From Desulfobacteraceae bacterium (GTDB lineage: Bacteria > Desulfobacterota > Desulfobacteria > Desulfobacterales > Desulfococcaceae), in NCBI GenBank assembly GCA_041641935.1, contig JBEPXL010000002.1:1-28965 (forward strand): a stretch of 28,965 nt of DNA, read 5' to 3'. The translations under genes were made by a program, and so were the position numbers. Within the stretch, counting starts at the first letter, position 1; each line of letters opens with the position of its first letter. Below the pieces are notes generated by a model, which had not been told where the DNA came from, searched no databases, and saw nothing but the letters and a program-made list of their open reading frames with translations. Positions 17,046 through 25,677 of the stretch are shown one piece after another.

Positions 17046-17932
17046 TGACAGAACAGAAATCATACAGACGCAGCAGGACCGGGAAATGGCCTCCTGCGGC
17101 AGTGGTTCAGTTTCTGGTACTGGTACTGGTACTGGTACTGGTGACGCCGCGTATGGTCTCGTCCACAGCGCCGCCGGTTCCGCCGCCCTTTTTACCGGGA
17201 GAGAAACTCGACTTCGTCCTCCGGTGGGAATTTGTCAACGCAGGCGCGGCTACCCTGGAAGTGATGCCGTTTTCCGTGGTGGATGGTGTTCCGGCCTACC
17301 ATTTTGTGATGACCGCGCGAACCAACAATGTCATCGATGTGTTTTACAAGGTACGGGACCGGATCGACACCTATACGGATACAGACATGGATCACTCCCT
17401 GCTGTACAAAAAGCGGCAGCGGGAGGGCGGGCATAAACGGGATATTGTGGTCCGGTTCGACTGGGAAAAAGAGATCGCCCGGTACACCAACTTCGGTAAA
17501 CCCAAACCGCCGGTCAAACTGATGCCCGGCTCCTTTGATCCGCTTTCGGCCTTCTACTATGTCCGGTTTCTGGATATGGAACCGGGAAAGACCATTACCC
17601 GTCCGGTGACCGACGGCAAAAAGAACGTGATGGGAAAAGTGACCGTCGTCCGCCGGGAAACGATTACGGTGGAAGCCGGCACCTTCGACACCTTTCTGAT
17701 TGAACCGGACATCGAACATATCGGCGGCGTCTTTGAAAAGAGCGAGGATGCAAAAATCGAGGTCTGGGTCACTGCGGATCATCGGAAGATGCCCGTCAGA
17801 ATTCGAAGTAAGGTGGTGGTCGGCAGTTTTGTGGGAGAACTGGTCTCCTGCAGGCCGGGAATACCGCCCGCTGTAAACGAGGAGCAGGTAAATGCGGCAG
17901 GAAAAGGCACGGATATTATGGAACACCCTTGA
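17045..17932 (+). CDS. DUF3108-like exported beta-rich protein
   Basis: GEKLDFVLRW...AGAATLEV, FYKVRD, DPLSAFYYVR, ETITVEAGTFDT and VWVTAD...PVRI match the pattern I recall for DUF3108; N-terminal hydrophobic anchor. Confidence 0.7.
   Translation: MTEQKSYRRSRTGKWPPAAVVQFLVLVLVLVLVTPRMVSSTAPPVPPPFLPGEKLDFVLRWEFVNAGAATLEVMPFSVVDGVPAYHFVMTARTNNVIDVFYKVRDRIDTYTDTDMDHSLLYKKRQREGGHKRDIVVRFDWEKEIARYTNFGKPKPPVKLMPGSFDPLSAFYYVRFLDMEPGKTITRPVTDGKKNVMGKVTVVRRETITVEAGTFDTFLIEPDIEHIGGVFEKSEDAKIEVWVTADHRKMPVRIRSKVVVGSFVGELVSCRPGIPPAVNEEQVNAAGKGTDIMEHP
17114..17143 (+). repeat. Hexanucleotide simple sequence repeat (CTGGTA)x4 + CTGGTG
   Basis: Read directly from the sequence; encodes (LV)5 in the signal/anchor of the DUF3108-like gene. 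Confidence 0.95.
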
Positions 17933-18692
17933 GTGTTCCGACTACTACCGGATGGGGCTGCAGTGCGGAGACGGCTACAGAGAGGCAGGGCCGGGGCAGT
18001 TTGTCATGGTCCGCCTTCCGGACTCCATGAATCCGCTGCTGCGGCGACCGTTTTCCCTGCACCGCCTGGTGGAGACAAAAACCCGGTTTGGAGGAATCGA
18101 ACTCCTGTACAAGGTCGTCGGGACCGGTACAACCAAACTCTCCCGGCTTCCTGCAGGGGAGACCATTGATATACTCGGCCCGCTGGGAAACTGCTTCACC
18201 ATTCCCGAAACCGTACACCGGGCCTTTGTGGTCGCCGGCGGAATCGGAGTCGCCCCGATGTACTTTCTGACCCGCTCCCTGGGCCGGAAAGGGGTGGACC
18301 TGTCGGCCTGCATGGTCTTTATCGGGGGACGATCCAAGGGCGACCTGCTCTGCATGAACGACTTTTTCAGCGTCGGCATGGACCGGATCCGGATTGCCAC
18401 GGAAGACGGCAGTTTCGGGGAACAGGACCGCATTACCGGCCCCCTGGGCCGGGCTGTGGCGGACGGAAAGCCGGATATCATCTACGCCTGCGGTCCGCTT
18501 CCCATGCTGAAGGCCGCTGCCGACATCGCTGCACAGCACGGGATTCCCTGTCAGGTATCGGTGGAAACGATGATGGCCTGCGGCATGGGGGCCTGCCTCG
18601 GATGCGCCATGCCGTCCCGGGAGAATCCCGACCGGTTCCTTCATGCCTGCACGGACGGGCCTGTTTTTGCCGCGACGGCACTTGCATTGTGA
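17892..18692 (+). CDS. pyrK: Dihydroorotate dehydrogenase electron-transfer subunit (PyrK family)
   Basis: PGQFVMV, LLRRPFS, GPLGN, GGIGVAP, ACGP and the [2Fe-2S] motif MACGMGACLGC...CTDGPVF; SD GAGGAG. Overlaps the upstream gene by 41 nt. Confidence 0.85.
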   Translation: MRQEKARILWNTLECSDYYRMGLQCGDGYREAGPGQFVMVRLPDSMNPLLRRPFSLHRLVETKTRFGGIELLYKVVGTGTTKLSRLPAGETIDILGPLGNCFTIPETVHRAFVVAGGIGVAPMYFLTRSLGRKGVDLSACMVFIGGRSKGDLLCMNDFFSVGMDRIRIATEDGSFGEQDRITGPLGRAVADGKPDIIYACGPLPMLKAAADIAAQHGIPCQVSVETMMACGMGACLGCAMPSRENPDRFLHACTDGPVFAATALAL

Positions 18693-18716
18693 CCCGTGAC
18701 AGATTCCGGATTTTCG

Positions 18717-18745
18717 TTGACTTACCCAGAAACGTGTGCTAATTG
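18717..18745 (+). promoter_or_regulatory. Putative sigma70 promoter of the atp F0 operon
   Basis: TTGACT, a 17-nt spacer ending in TG-C, then TAATTG (weak -10). Confidence 0.4.
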
Positions 18746-18789
18746 ACGAACCCGTAACAACGTTGCGGGTGAACTTATCCCGTGTATAA

Positions 18790-19008
18790 ATGAAAAAAAG
18801 CAATCTTCGCCATCTAAAAGAACTGGCATATTTCAGCAGCATCGGGTTTTCCGTCTCCCTTTCGATCTTTATCGGTCTGGGACTGGGGGTTTATCTCGAC
18901 AGACGGTTTGAGACGAATCCCTGGCTGACGCTGATCGGCCTCGGCCTCGGTATCGCTGCCGCTTACAGAAACATCGGACTGGCCATCAAAAAGAGCAGAA
19001 ATTTCTGA
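18790..19008 (+). CDS. atpZ: AtpZ/AtpI-family small membrane protein
   Basis: SSIGFSVSLSIFIGLGLGVYLDRRFETNPW...GLGIAAAYRN; first gene of the F0 cluster. Confidence 0.8.
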   Translation: MKKSNLRHLKELAYFSSIGFSVSLSIFIGLGLGVYLDRRFETNPWLTLIGLGLGIAAAYRNIGLAIKKSRNF

Positions 19009-19029
19009 GCAGAACAGCAGAGAGAGAGG

Positions 19030-19422
19030 ATGGGTTTGAGCATTCAAGAGCGTCTCTTAAAATTTGTAACGACCAGCAACTGGATTCTGCTGATCATCAC
19101 CAGCGCCGCCGGGTTTGCCGTGATGTCTACGCCCTTTGCACTGGGGATTGTCTGCGGGGGACTGATTGTCACGGTCAATTTCCATCTGCTCCACCGCACC
19201 CTCAAAAAAGCCTTTGTTCCCTCCCAGCTCGTCTCGCACAATGTAATTCTTGCAAAGTATTATCTCCGCTTTATGGTAAGCGGGCTGATTATATTTTTTC
19301 TCATTTCCCAGCATCTGGTAAATCCCCTGGGGCTGTTTATCGGTCTGTCGGTGGTGGTTGCCAGTATCACCCTGGCGACGCTGATTGAATTCAAGAACCT
19401 AATTTCCAAGGAGGCTGTGTAA
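19030..19422 (+). CDS. atpI: ATP synthase protein I
   Basis: Four hydrophobic segments, KYYLRF, NPLGLFIGLSVVV; lies directly upstream of atpB. Confidence 0.8.
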   Translation: MGLSIQERLLKFVTTSNWILLIITSAAGFAVMSTPFALGIVCGGLIVTVNFHLLHRTLKKAFVPSQLVSHNVILAKYYLRFMVSGLIIFFLISQHLVNPLGLFIGLSVVVASITLATLIEFKNLISKEAV

Positions 19423-19423
19423 G

Positions 19424-20119
19424 GTGGAACATCCCTATCTCTTTTTCGTCAAGATTTTTGATTTTTTCGGCGGTGGTGTGGCCCATTTTGCCCATGAATA
19501 CCCGCATGTCATCTATACCTGGGTCGTCATGCTCCTGTTGATTGGTGTCGGTTATATCGCAACCAAAGGGATGTCCATGGTCCCCACCAAACTGCAGAAT
19601 CTGTTCGAGCTCATTGTCAAAGGGATTGAAGACTTCATGGTCGAAATTACCGGTGACGAAGGCCGCTGGCTCTTCCCCATCGTGGCAACGGTATTCATCT
19701 TCATCTTTATATCCAACCTGATCGGCCTGGTTCCCGGCTTTTTTCCGCCGACCGCCAGCCTGAACACCACCCTCGCCTGCGCGCTGGTGGTGGTCGTCTT
19801 CACCCATGTCATCGGCGTCAAATATCATGGGGCGGGCTACATCAAACATTTCATGGGGCCGGTCTGGTGGATGATCCCGATTATCTTCCCCATTGAACTG
19901 ATCGGCCATTTTGCCCGGATTCTTTCTCTTTCCTTCCGTCTGTTCGGAAACATGATGGGCCATGAACTGGTTCTGGCAATCCTGTTCGGTCTTGCGGGTC
20001 TTTTCTTTGCACCGCTGCCGATCATGGCGCTGGGGATTTTTGTTGCGCTGGTGCAGGCATTCGTATTCTTCCTGCTCTCCATCATGTATTTCACGGGCGC
20101 GATGGAACACGCCCACTGA
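19424..20119 (+). CDS. atpB: F0F1 ATP synthase subunit a
   Basis: GTG start; PTKLQN, SNLIGLVPG, PTASLN, and the essential Arg in SLSFRLFGN; QAFVF. Confidence 0.96.
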   Translation: MEHPYLFFVKIFDFFGGGVAHFAHEYPHVIYTWVVMLLLIGVGYIATKGMSMVPTKLQNLFELIVKGIEDFMVEITGDEGRWLFPIVATVFIFIFISNLIGLVPGFFPPTASLNTTLACALVVVVFTHVIGVKYHGAGYIKHFMGPVWWMIPIIFPIELIGHFARILSLSFRLFGNMMGHELVLAILFGLAGLFFAPLPIMALGIFVALVQAFVFFLLSIMYFTGAMEHAH

Positions 20120-20233
20120 TCAACCGATTGTTCTCTATCTTTGCTTCGGCTTTATGCTTCGCCTGTTAATGGGATTAATGGAAGAAGCTTTATCATCATC
20201 AACCACTAATTGTTTAAAGGAGGTAACGCTCAA

Positions 20234-20515
20234 ATGGAAACTGCTGCACTGCAATTCTTCATCGCCTGCGTAACGGCTGCCGGTTTTGGAATCGCTATCG
20301 CCGCTTTTGGCTGCGGTATCGGACAGGGCATGGGTCTCAAGTCTGCTGTGGAAGGGATCGCCCGGAACCCGGAATCTTCCGGTAAGGTTACCGTTACCAT
20401 GCTGATCGGTCTGGCCATGATCGAGTCTCTCTGTATTTACGCGCTGGTTATCGCGCTGATTCTGATCTACGCCCATCCGCAGGCGGGTGCTATTGCGGAG
20501 ATTTTCGCCAGATAA
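20234..20515 (+). CDS. atpE: F0F1 ATP synthase subunit c (93 aa)
   Basis: ATG at 20234 with SD AGGAGGT; GxGxGxG motif, ARNPE loop, carboxylate in MIESLCIY. Confidence 0.96.
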   Translation: METAALQFFIACVTAAGFGIAIAAFGCGIGQGMGLKSAVEGIARNPESSGKVTVTMLIGLAMIESLCIYALVIALILIYAHPQAGAIAEIFAR

Positions 20516-20543
20516 ATACCGGCGAGTTTCCAACGCTGAATAA

Positions 20544-20592
20544 AAAAAAACAGGGCTGTCCCTGCCAATAGGGGGATCAGCCCTGTTTTTTT
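20544..20592. terminator. Bidirectional Rho-independent terminator between atpE and uvrA
   Basis: AAAAAAACAGGGCTG ... CAGCCCTGTTTTTTT is a perfect inverted repeat with an inner TCCC/GGGA extension; A and T tracts on the two sides. Confidence 0.9.
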
Positions 20593-20626
20593 GTCCCTGC
20601 TTTCCGGTCCGTTTTGGCGGGAATCT

Positions 20627-23503
20627 TCAGGCAGTCTTTTGCCTGGATGATCCTCCCTCCAGTATCGGCTTCAGAAACTGCCCGGTGTAAGAAGCATCCA
20701 CCGATGCCACCGCCTCCGGCGTGCCGGCAGCGACAATTTCACCGCCGCCGTCTCCGCCTTCCGGCCCCAGATCGATCAGATAATCCGCCGACTTGATCAC
20801 ATCCAGATTGTGTTCAATTACGATGACCGTGTTGCCCATGTCCACCAGCCGGCTGAGTACATGGAGGAGTTTCTGGATATCATCGATATGCAGCCCGGTG
20901 GTCGGTTCGTCCAGAATATAGACCGTCTGACCGGTGGCCCGCTTGCTCAGTTCCCGGGAAAGCTTCACCCGCTGGGCTTCGCCGCCGGAAAGGGTCGTGG
21001 CGGGCTGTCCAATGCGGATGTAGCCCAGCCCCACATCCACCAGGGTCTGGAGCCTGGTCCGGATGGAATCGATTTTGTCAAAGAATTCGAGAGCCTGGCT
21101 GACCGTCATGTCCAGCACATCGGCAATGTTTTTTCCTTTGTACCGGATCTCCAGGGTTTCCCGGTTGTACCGTTTGCCGTGGCAGACATCACAGGGGACG
21201 TAAATATCCGGCAGAAAATGCATTTCAATCTTGATAATACCATCACCGGTGCAGGCCTCGCACCGGCCCCCCTTGACGTTGAAGCTGAACCGTCCCGGCT
21301 TGTAGCCCCGTATGCGTGATTCGGGGGTCCGGGAAAAGAGATCCCGGACATGGGTAAAGAGACCGGTATAGGTTCCGGGATTGGAGCGGGGTGTCCGGCC
21401 GATGGGGGACTGATCGATATTGACCACCTTGTCCACATGCTCGATCCCAGCTATGCCGGTATGTGCCCCTATAAGACCGTCGGTGCTACTCCGGTAGAGC
21501 TTCCGGGAAAGAAAGCGGTAGAGCGTCTCCAGCACAAGGGTTGATTTGCCCGAACCGGAAACGCCGGTGACACAGACAAAACAGCCCAGAGGAAAATCGA
21601 CATCAATGCCCTTGAGGTTGTTTTCCGCAGCACCGGTGACCCGCAGGACATGACCATTGCCGGGCCGCCGCAGATCCGGTATTTCAATCCGCCTGCGGCC
21701 CGACAGATAAAGACCGGTCAGGGAATGTTCATCCCTGCACAGCGCTTCGGGGGTACCGGAAAATACGACTTCCCCCCCGCGCATTCCGGCCCCGGGCCCC
21801 ATGTCCACCACATGGTCGGCGGCCTGGATCGTCTCCTCGTCATGTTCCACCACCAGAACGGTGTTTCCCAGATCCCGCATCTGCATCAGCGTATTCAGAA
21901 GGCGCTGGTTGTCACGCTGGTGCAGACCGATGCTGGGTTCGTCCAGAACATAAAGGACACCGGTCAGTTTGGAGCCGATCTGGGTCGCCAGCCGGATCCG
22001 CTGACTTTCTCCACCGGATAGGGTATTGGCGGAGCGGTCCAGGGTCAGATAGCGGAGGCCCACATTTTCCAGGAAACCGAGACGGTCTTCAATCTCTTTG
22101 AGAATCCGCTGTGCAATAAAGGCCGCCTTTCCCTTCAGTTCTCCGGAGAGGGTCCGGGCAAACGCCCCGGCCTCGGCCACTGAAAACGCAGCAAAATGCT
22201 GAATCGTAATCCCGCCGACCTGAACGGCCCGGGCAGCCGGATTGAGACGTGCGCCGTCACAGGTCGAACAGGGGCGGATATTCATGTATCGTTCGATCTC
22301 TTCCCGGGCCTGCTGGGATTCGGTTTCGACGTACCGTCGTTCCAGACGGGGAATAATCCCCTCAAAGGTTTTCTGGTAGGTGACGCGCCGGCTGTTCTGT
22401 TCAAAGAAAAAGGTGATCTCGTCATCGCCGGAACCATAGAGCAGCACCTGTTGAAAACGATCGGACAGTTCCCTGTACGGCGTAAAGATATCGGCTTCGT
22501 AATGGGCTGCCAGAGACGTCAGAAAATCGGTAAAATGGACCGAATTCCGGTTGGCCCAGGGCGCAATGGCGCCTTCCCGGAGGGTAAGATCCGGATCGGG
22601 AATCACCAGCTTCGGATCAAATTCCGTGGTCGAACCCAGCCCGTCGCAGACGGGACAGGCGCCCCGGGGTGAATTGAAAGAGAAACTTGCCGGCGTGAAG
22701 GCCGGATAGCTGATGCCGCACGCAATACAGGCCGCCTTTTCACTGAAGAGAATCGATTCACCACCCGGGATATCGATGTGGACCAGCCCTCCGGATCTTC
22801 CCAGGGCCAGTTCCAGGGAATCGGCCAGCCGGTTTCCGATATCCGGCTTGATCACCAGGCGGTCCACGACCACATCGATGGTATGCCTGCGGTTTTTGTC
22901 CAGAGACGGAACCGCGTCGATTTCCATGATTTCGCCGTCGATCCGGACCCGGGAAAAGCCTTCTTTCCGGAGCTGCTTCAGGAGTTTTTCCTGGGTTCCC
23001 TTCTGCCCCGTCACCAGCGGGGCCAGAATCACCAGGCGGGTTTTTTCGGGCAGGGCCATCACCTGATCCACGATCTGGTCCAGGCTCTGGGACGTAATGG
23101 GCCGGCCGCACTGGTGGCAATGGGGAATCCCGATCCGGGCGTACAGAAGCCGGAGGTAGTCATATATTTCGGTTACAGTGCCGACGGTAGAGCGGGGATT
23201 ATGGCTTGCTGTCTTCTGTTCGATGGCGATGGCCGGGGAAAGCCCCTCGATCAGGTCCACATCCGGCTTTTCCATCCGCTCCAGAAACTGACGGGCATAG
23301 GTGGACAGGGACTCCACATACCGGCGCTGTCCTTCGGCATAGAGGGTGTCAAAGGCAAGGGTCGATTTTCCGGAACCGGAAAGCCCTGTGATGACCACCA
23401 GACGATTCCTGGGCAGTTCCACATCGATGTTCTTCAGGTTGTGCTGCCGTGCCCCCCGGACGACAATCCGGTCTGATCTGTCTGTATTTATTGTATTTTG
23501 CAT
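20627..23503 (-). CDS. uvrA: Excinuclease ABC subunit A
   Basis: GARQHNLKN, two Walker A motifs ([16 protein letters not shown]), two ABC signatures (LSGGE) and zinc-finger CxxC pairs. Start re-assigned to the ATG at 23503 (958 aa). Confidence 0.97.
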   Translation of the reverse strand: MQNTINTDRSDRIVVRGARQHNLKNIDVELPRNRLVVITGLSGSGKSTLAFDTLYAEGQRRYVESLSTYARQFLERMEKPDVDLIEGLSPAIAIEQKTASHNPRSTVGTVTEIYDYLRLLYARIGIPHCHQCGRPITSQSLDQIVDQVMALPEKTRLVILAPLVTGQKGTQEKLLKQLRKEGFSRVRIDGEIMEIDAVPSLDKNRRHTIDVVVDRLVIKPDIGNRLADSLELALGRSGGLVHIDIPGGESILFSEKAACIACGISYPAFTPASFSFNSPRGACPVCDGLGSTTEFDPKLVIPDPDLTLREGAIAPWANRNSVHFTDFLTSLAAHYEADIFTPYRELSDRFQQVLLYGSGDDEITFFFEQNSRRVTYQKTFEGIIPRLERRYVETESQQAREEIERYMNIRPCSTCDGARLNPAARAVQVGGITIQHFAAFSVAEAGAFARTLSGELKGKAAFIAQRILKEIEDRLGFLENVGLRYLTLDRSANTLSGGESQRIRLATQIGSKLTGVLYVLDEPSIGLHQRDNQRLLNTLMQMRDLGNTVLVVEHDEETIQAADHVVDMGPGAGMRGGEVVFSGTPEALCRDEHSLTGLYLSGRRRIEIPDLRRPGNGHVLRVTGAAENNLKGIDVDFPLGCFVCVTGVSGSGKSTLVLETLYRFLSRKLYRSSTDGLIGAHTGIAGIEHVDKVVNIDQSPIGRTPRSNPGTYTGLFTHVRDLFSRTPESRIRGYKPGRFSFNVKGGRCEACTGDGIIKIEMHFLPDIYVPCDVCHGKRYNRETLEIRYKGKNIADVLDMTVSQALEFFDKIDSIRTRLQTLVDVGLGYIRIGQPATTLSGGEAQRVKLSRELSKRATGQTVYILDEPTTGLHIDDIQKLLHVLSRLVDMGNTVIVIEHNLDVIKSADYLIDLGPEGGDGGGEIVAAGTPEAVASVDASYTGQFLKPILEGGSSRQKTA

Positions 23504-23562
23504 GGGATATGCTGTATTTGGAATGATTGGAAAATGAGTGTAATCTTTAATACTACTTCTTT

Positions 23563-23571
23563 TCATCCACA
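23563..23571 (+). promoter_or_regulatory. DnaA-box-like 9-mer TCATCCACA
   Basis: One mismatch to TTATCCACA; lies in the uvrA / dnaA-paralog divergent region. Confidence 0.35.
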
Positions 23572-23688
23572 ATGAAAAGAGGGGAATTCCGTTTTTTTGA
23601 AAACCAAAGGGATTCAGCGAAATGTTAAGATTTCATTAGTATTTGGTTAAGAGATTCTACCCTGAATCCGGGAATCTCCTTAAAATCC

Positions 23689-23697
23689 TTATACAAA
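23689..23697 (+). promoter_or_regulatory. DnaA-box-like 9-mer TTATACAAA
   Basis: One mismatch to TTATACACA; same intergenic region. Confidence 0.3.
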
Positions 23698-24004
23698 GAA
23701 AGGGAGCGGAAAAGTGATGTATTTCGGGACAGTTGGAAAGATTTAATCTGTAATGCGATGTAATATCAGCGACTTAAAATCAGGATCGGGAAAGAGGGTA
23801 AAAGAGGTGGACCTCAGTTCATCCGATTTGACTCTGAGAGCAGGATACAATAAAAAACTCAGCGTGGCACACTTACATTTCACATATTCCCCGTATAACG
23901 GCCAATTTCCGTCACCAGGCTCAGAATCCGCTGTTTGTGTTGATTCTGACAGACACATGTTTATTTCCGCCCATGCAACAGGGACCGAAGAAACAACGCA
24001 ATCC

Positions 24005-25366
24005 ATGAGAGAAGTCTGGACCGAGATTAAATCTGCCCTCAAGGCACAGATTCCTGCCCACAGTTTCCGGATGTGGATCGAACCGGTGGAGTATATCCGG
24101 AGCGAACCGGGAACGCTGGTGCTGTCATGCCCCAATTTTTTCTCCAGAAAACGGGTGCAGGAACATTATCTCGCCATGATCGAAGCCCAGATTCTCAAGC
24201 ATACCGATGTCACCCGCAAGGTGGTGCTGGAAATCGAGGGAAAAAACGGAAACGGCAGTTCAACACCCGTCAGGAAATCCGTCACCGTCAGACCACCCGC
24301 CGCGGTCCAGATGGATCTGCCGGAGATGCCCGGCCAGACCAACGGCGGGCGTTTCCTCCGGAAGGATTTTACCTTTGACCGGTTTGTGGTGAGCCCCGGC
24401 AACAACTTCGCCTATTCGGCTGCCCTTTCCCTGGCGTCCCGGAGCGGCATCAGCCAGAACTCCCTGTTTCTCCTGTCGGAAACCGGGCTGGGGAAAAGCC
24501 ATCTCTCCCAGGCCATCGGGCATCAGATTCTGTCCCAGTTCCCCGGAGAAAATGTCTATTATATCACCGCAGAAGACTTCACCAATGAAATGATCCGGGC
24601 CTTCCGCAACAACGGGTTCGAGGCGTTCAAGGAAAAGTACCGCCGTCAGTGTGATGTCCTTCTGCTGGAAGATATCCACTTCCTGAACGGCAAGGAACGG
24701 ACCCAGGTCGAACTGGGGCTGGCGCTGGACAATCTGTTTGATGCCCAGAAGAAGATCATCTTCACCAGTTGCTATCTGCCGGGGGATATCCCAAAAATGA
24801 GCGAGCAGCTCCGGTCCCGCCTGTCCCGGAGTCTCATCTCCAGCATTGAACCGCCCGACTACCAGACCCGGGTCCGGATCCTGGAGCAGATGATGGCCGA
24901 AAACGGCTGTATGCTGCCCCGGGAGATTATCCAGTATCTGGCGACGGAACTCTCGGAAAATGTCCGGCAGCTGGAAAGCGGGCTGATCGGCGTTACGGCG
25001 CGGACCTCCCTGATGAACTGTCCCGTCGATATCCGACTGGCGGAGGATGTGGTCCAGAATATCACCCGGAAACGGCGTTCCATTACCGTGGAATCGATCA
25101 AGCAGATGGTTTGTGAGCACTACAACGTAACAGTGGCGGATATTGAATCCAGATCGCGGAAAAAGGCAATTGTCCACCCCCGGCAGATGGCCATATACCT
25201 GGCCCGGAAATATACCGATCAGCCCCTTCAGAGCATCGGCAAAAGTTTTAACCGGTATCACGCGACGGCCATTCACTCGATTGCCGCCATCGAAAAAGGT
25301 CTCAAGACCGACAGCGCCGTCCGCAATCAGATGAAATATCTCTGCAAACGGATTGAAGGAAACTGA
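24005..25366 (+). CDS. dnaA: DnaA-family protein, divergent paralog (dnaA2-like), 453 aa
   Basis: All four DnaA domains are present: domain I (W..I...L......F..WI.P), FTFDRFVV...N.FA, AAA+ core (GLGKSHL, AEDFTNE, LLLEDIHFL, SRL, NVRQLE) and domain IV (SR...IV.PRQ.A.YLAR). No dnaN/recF/gyrB context. The start is chosen by the domain I boundary; the frame is open back to 23753. Confidence 0.85.
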   Translation: MREVWTEIKSALKAQIPAHSFRMWIEPVEYIRSEPGTLVLSCPNFFSRKRVQEHYLAMIEAQILKHTDVTRKVVLEIEGKNGNGSSTPVRKSVTVRPPAAVQMDLPEMPGQTNGGRFLRKDFTFDRFVVSPGNNFAYSAALSLASRSGISQNSLFLLSETGLGKSHLSQAIGHQILSQFPGENVYYITAEDFTNEMIRAFRNNGFEAFKEKYRRQCDVLLLEDIHFLNGKERTQVELGLALDNLFDAQKKIIFTSCYLPGDIPKMSEQLRSRLSRSLISSIEPPDYQTRVRILEQMMAENGCMLPREIIQYLATELSENVRQLESGLIGVTARTSLMNCPVDIRLAEDVVQNITRKRRSITVESIKQMVCEHYNVTVADIESRSRKKAIVHPRQMAIYLARKYTDQPLQSIGKSFNRYHATAIHSIAAIEKGLKTDSAVRNQMKYLCKRIEGN

Positions 25367-25432
25367 AAGGGTAAAACCGGGAAAGGGAAATTCCGGAAGG
25401 ATACTGCAGCAGGCCGGAGAAGGTCCGGAAGA

Positions 25433-25467
25433 GACAACAAAGCCTCCGGCAGCAGATGCCGGAGGCT
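25433..25467 (-). terminator. Terminator of the dnaB-hflX-suhB-small ORF unit (may also stop the dnaA paralog transcript)
   Basis: AGCCTCCGGCA-GCAGA-TGCCGGAGGCT is a perfect 11-bp stem with a TTGTTG tail on the minus strand. Confidence 0.75.
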
Positions 25468-25479
25468 GTAAAATAAGGC

Positions 25480-25677
25480 TCAGTGCATCTTGATATACAT
25501 GCTGTCAGAGGAGACCAGATCCTCCAGCAGTTCCATCTGTTCATTCTGGTCCCGCTCAATGGCACACTGCAGGCTCAGGGAACAGAATCTGCGGCAAAGC
25601 CGATCGTTAAGATTAAAATCTCCAAAACATCCCAGATGATCATCCAACACAATTGCCTTATCTGATCTTTTTTTCAT
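25480..25677 (-). CDS. Small cysteine-rich hypothetical protein (65 aa)
   Basis: ATGA overlap with the suhB stop, SD AAGGAAAG, and a terminator immediately downstream; motif C-x10-C-x3-C-x5-C. Confidence 0.75.
   Translation of the reverse strand: MKKRSDKAIVLDDHLGCFGDFNLNDRLCRRFCSLSLQCAIERDQNEQMELLEDLVSSDSMYIKMH

Noticed and set aside
18790-20515. F0 genes separated from atpF/H/A/G/D/C
   Set aside because: A split atp operon is the usual arrangement in deltaproteobacteria.
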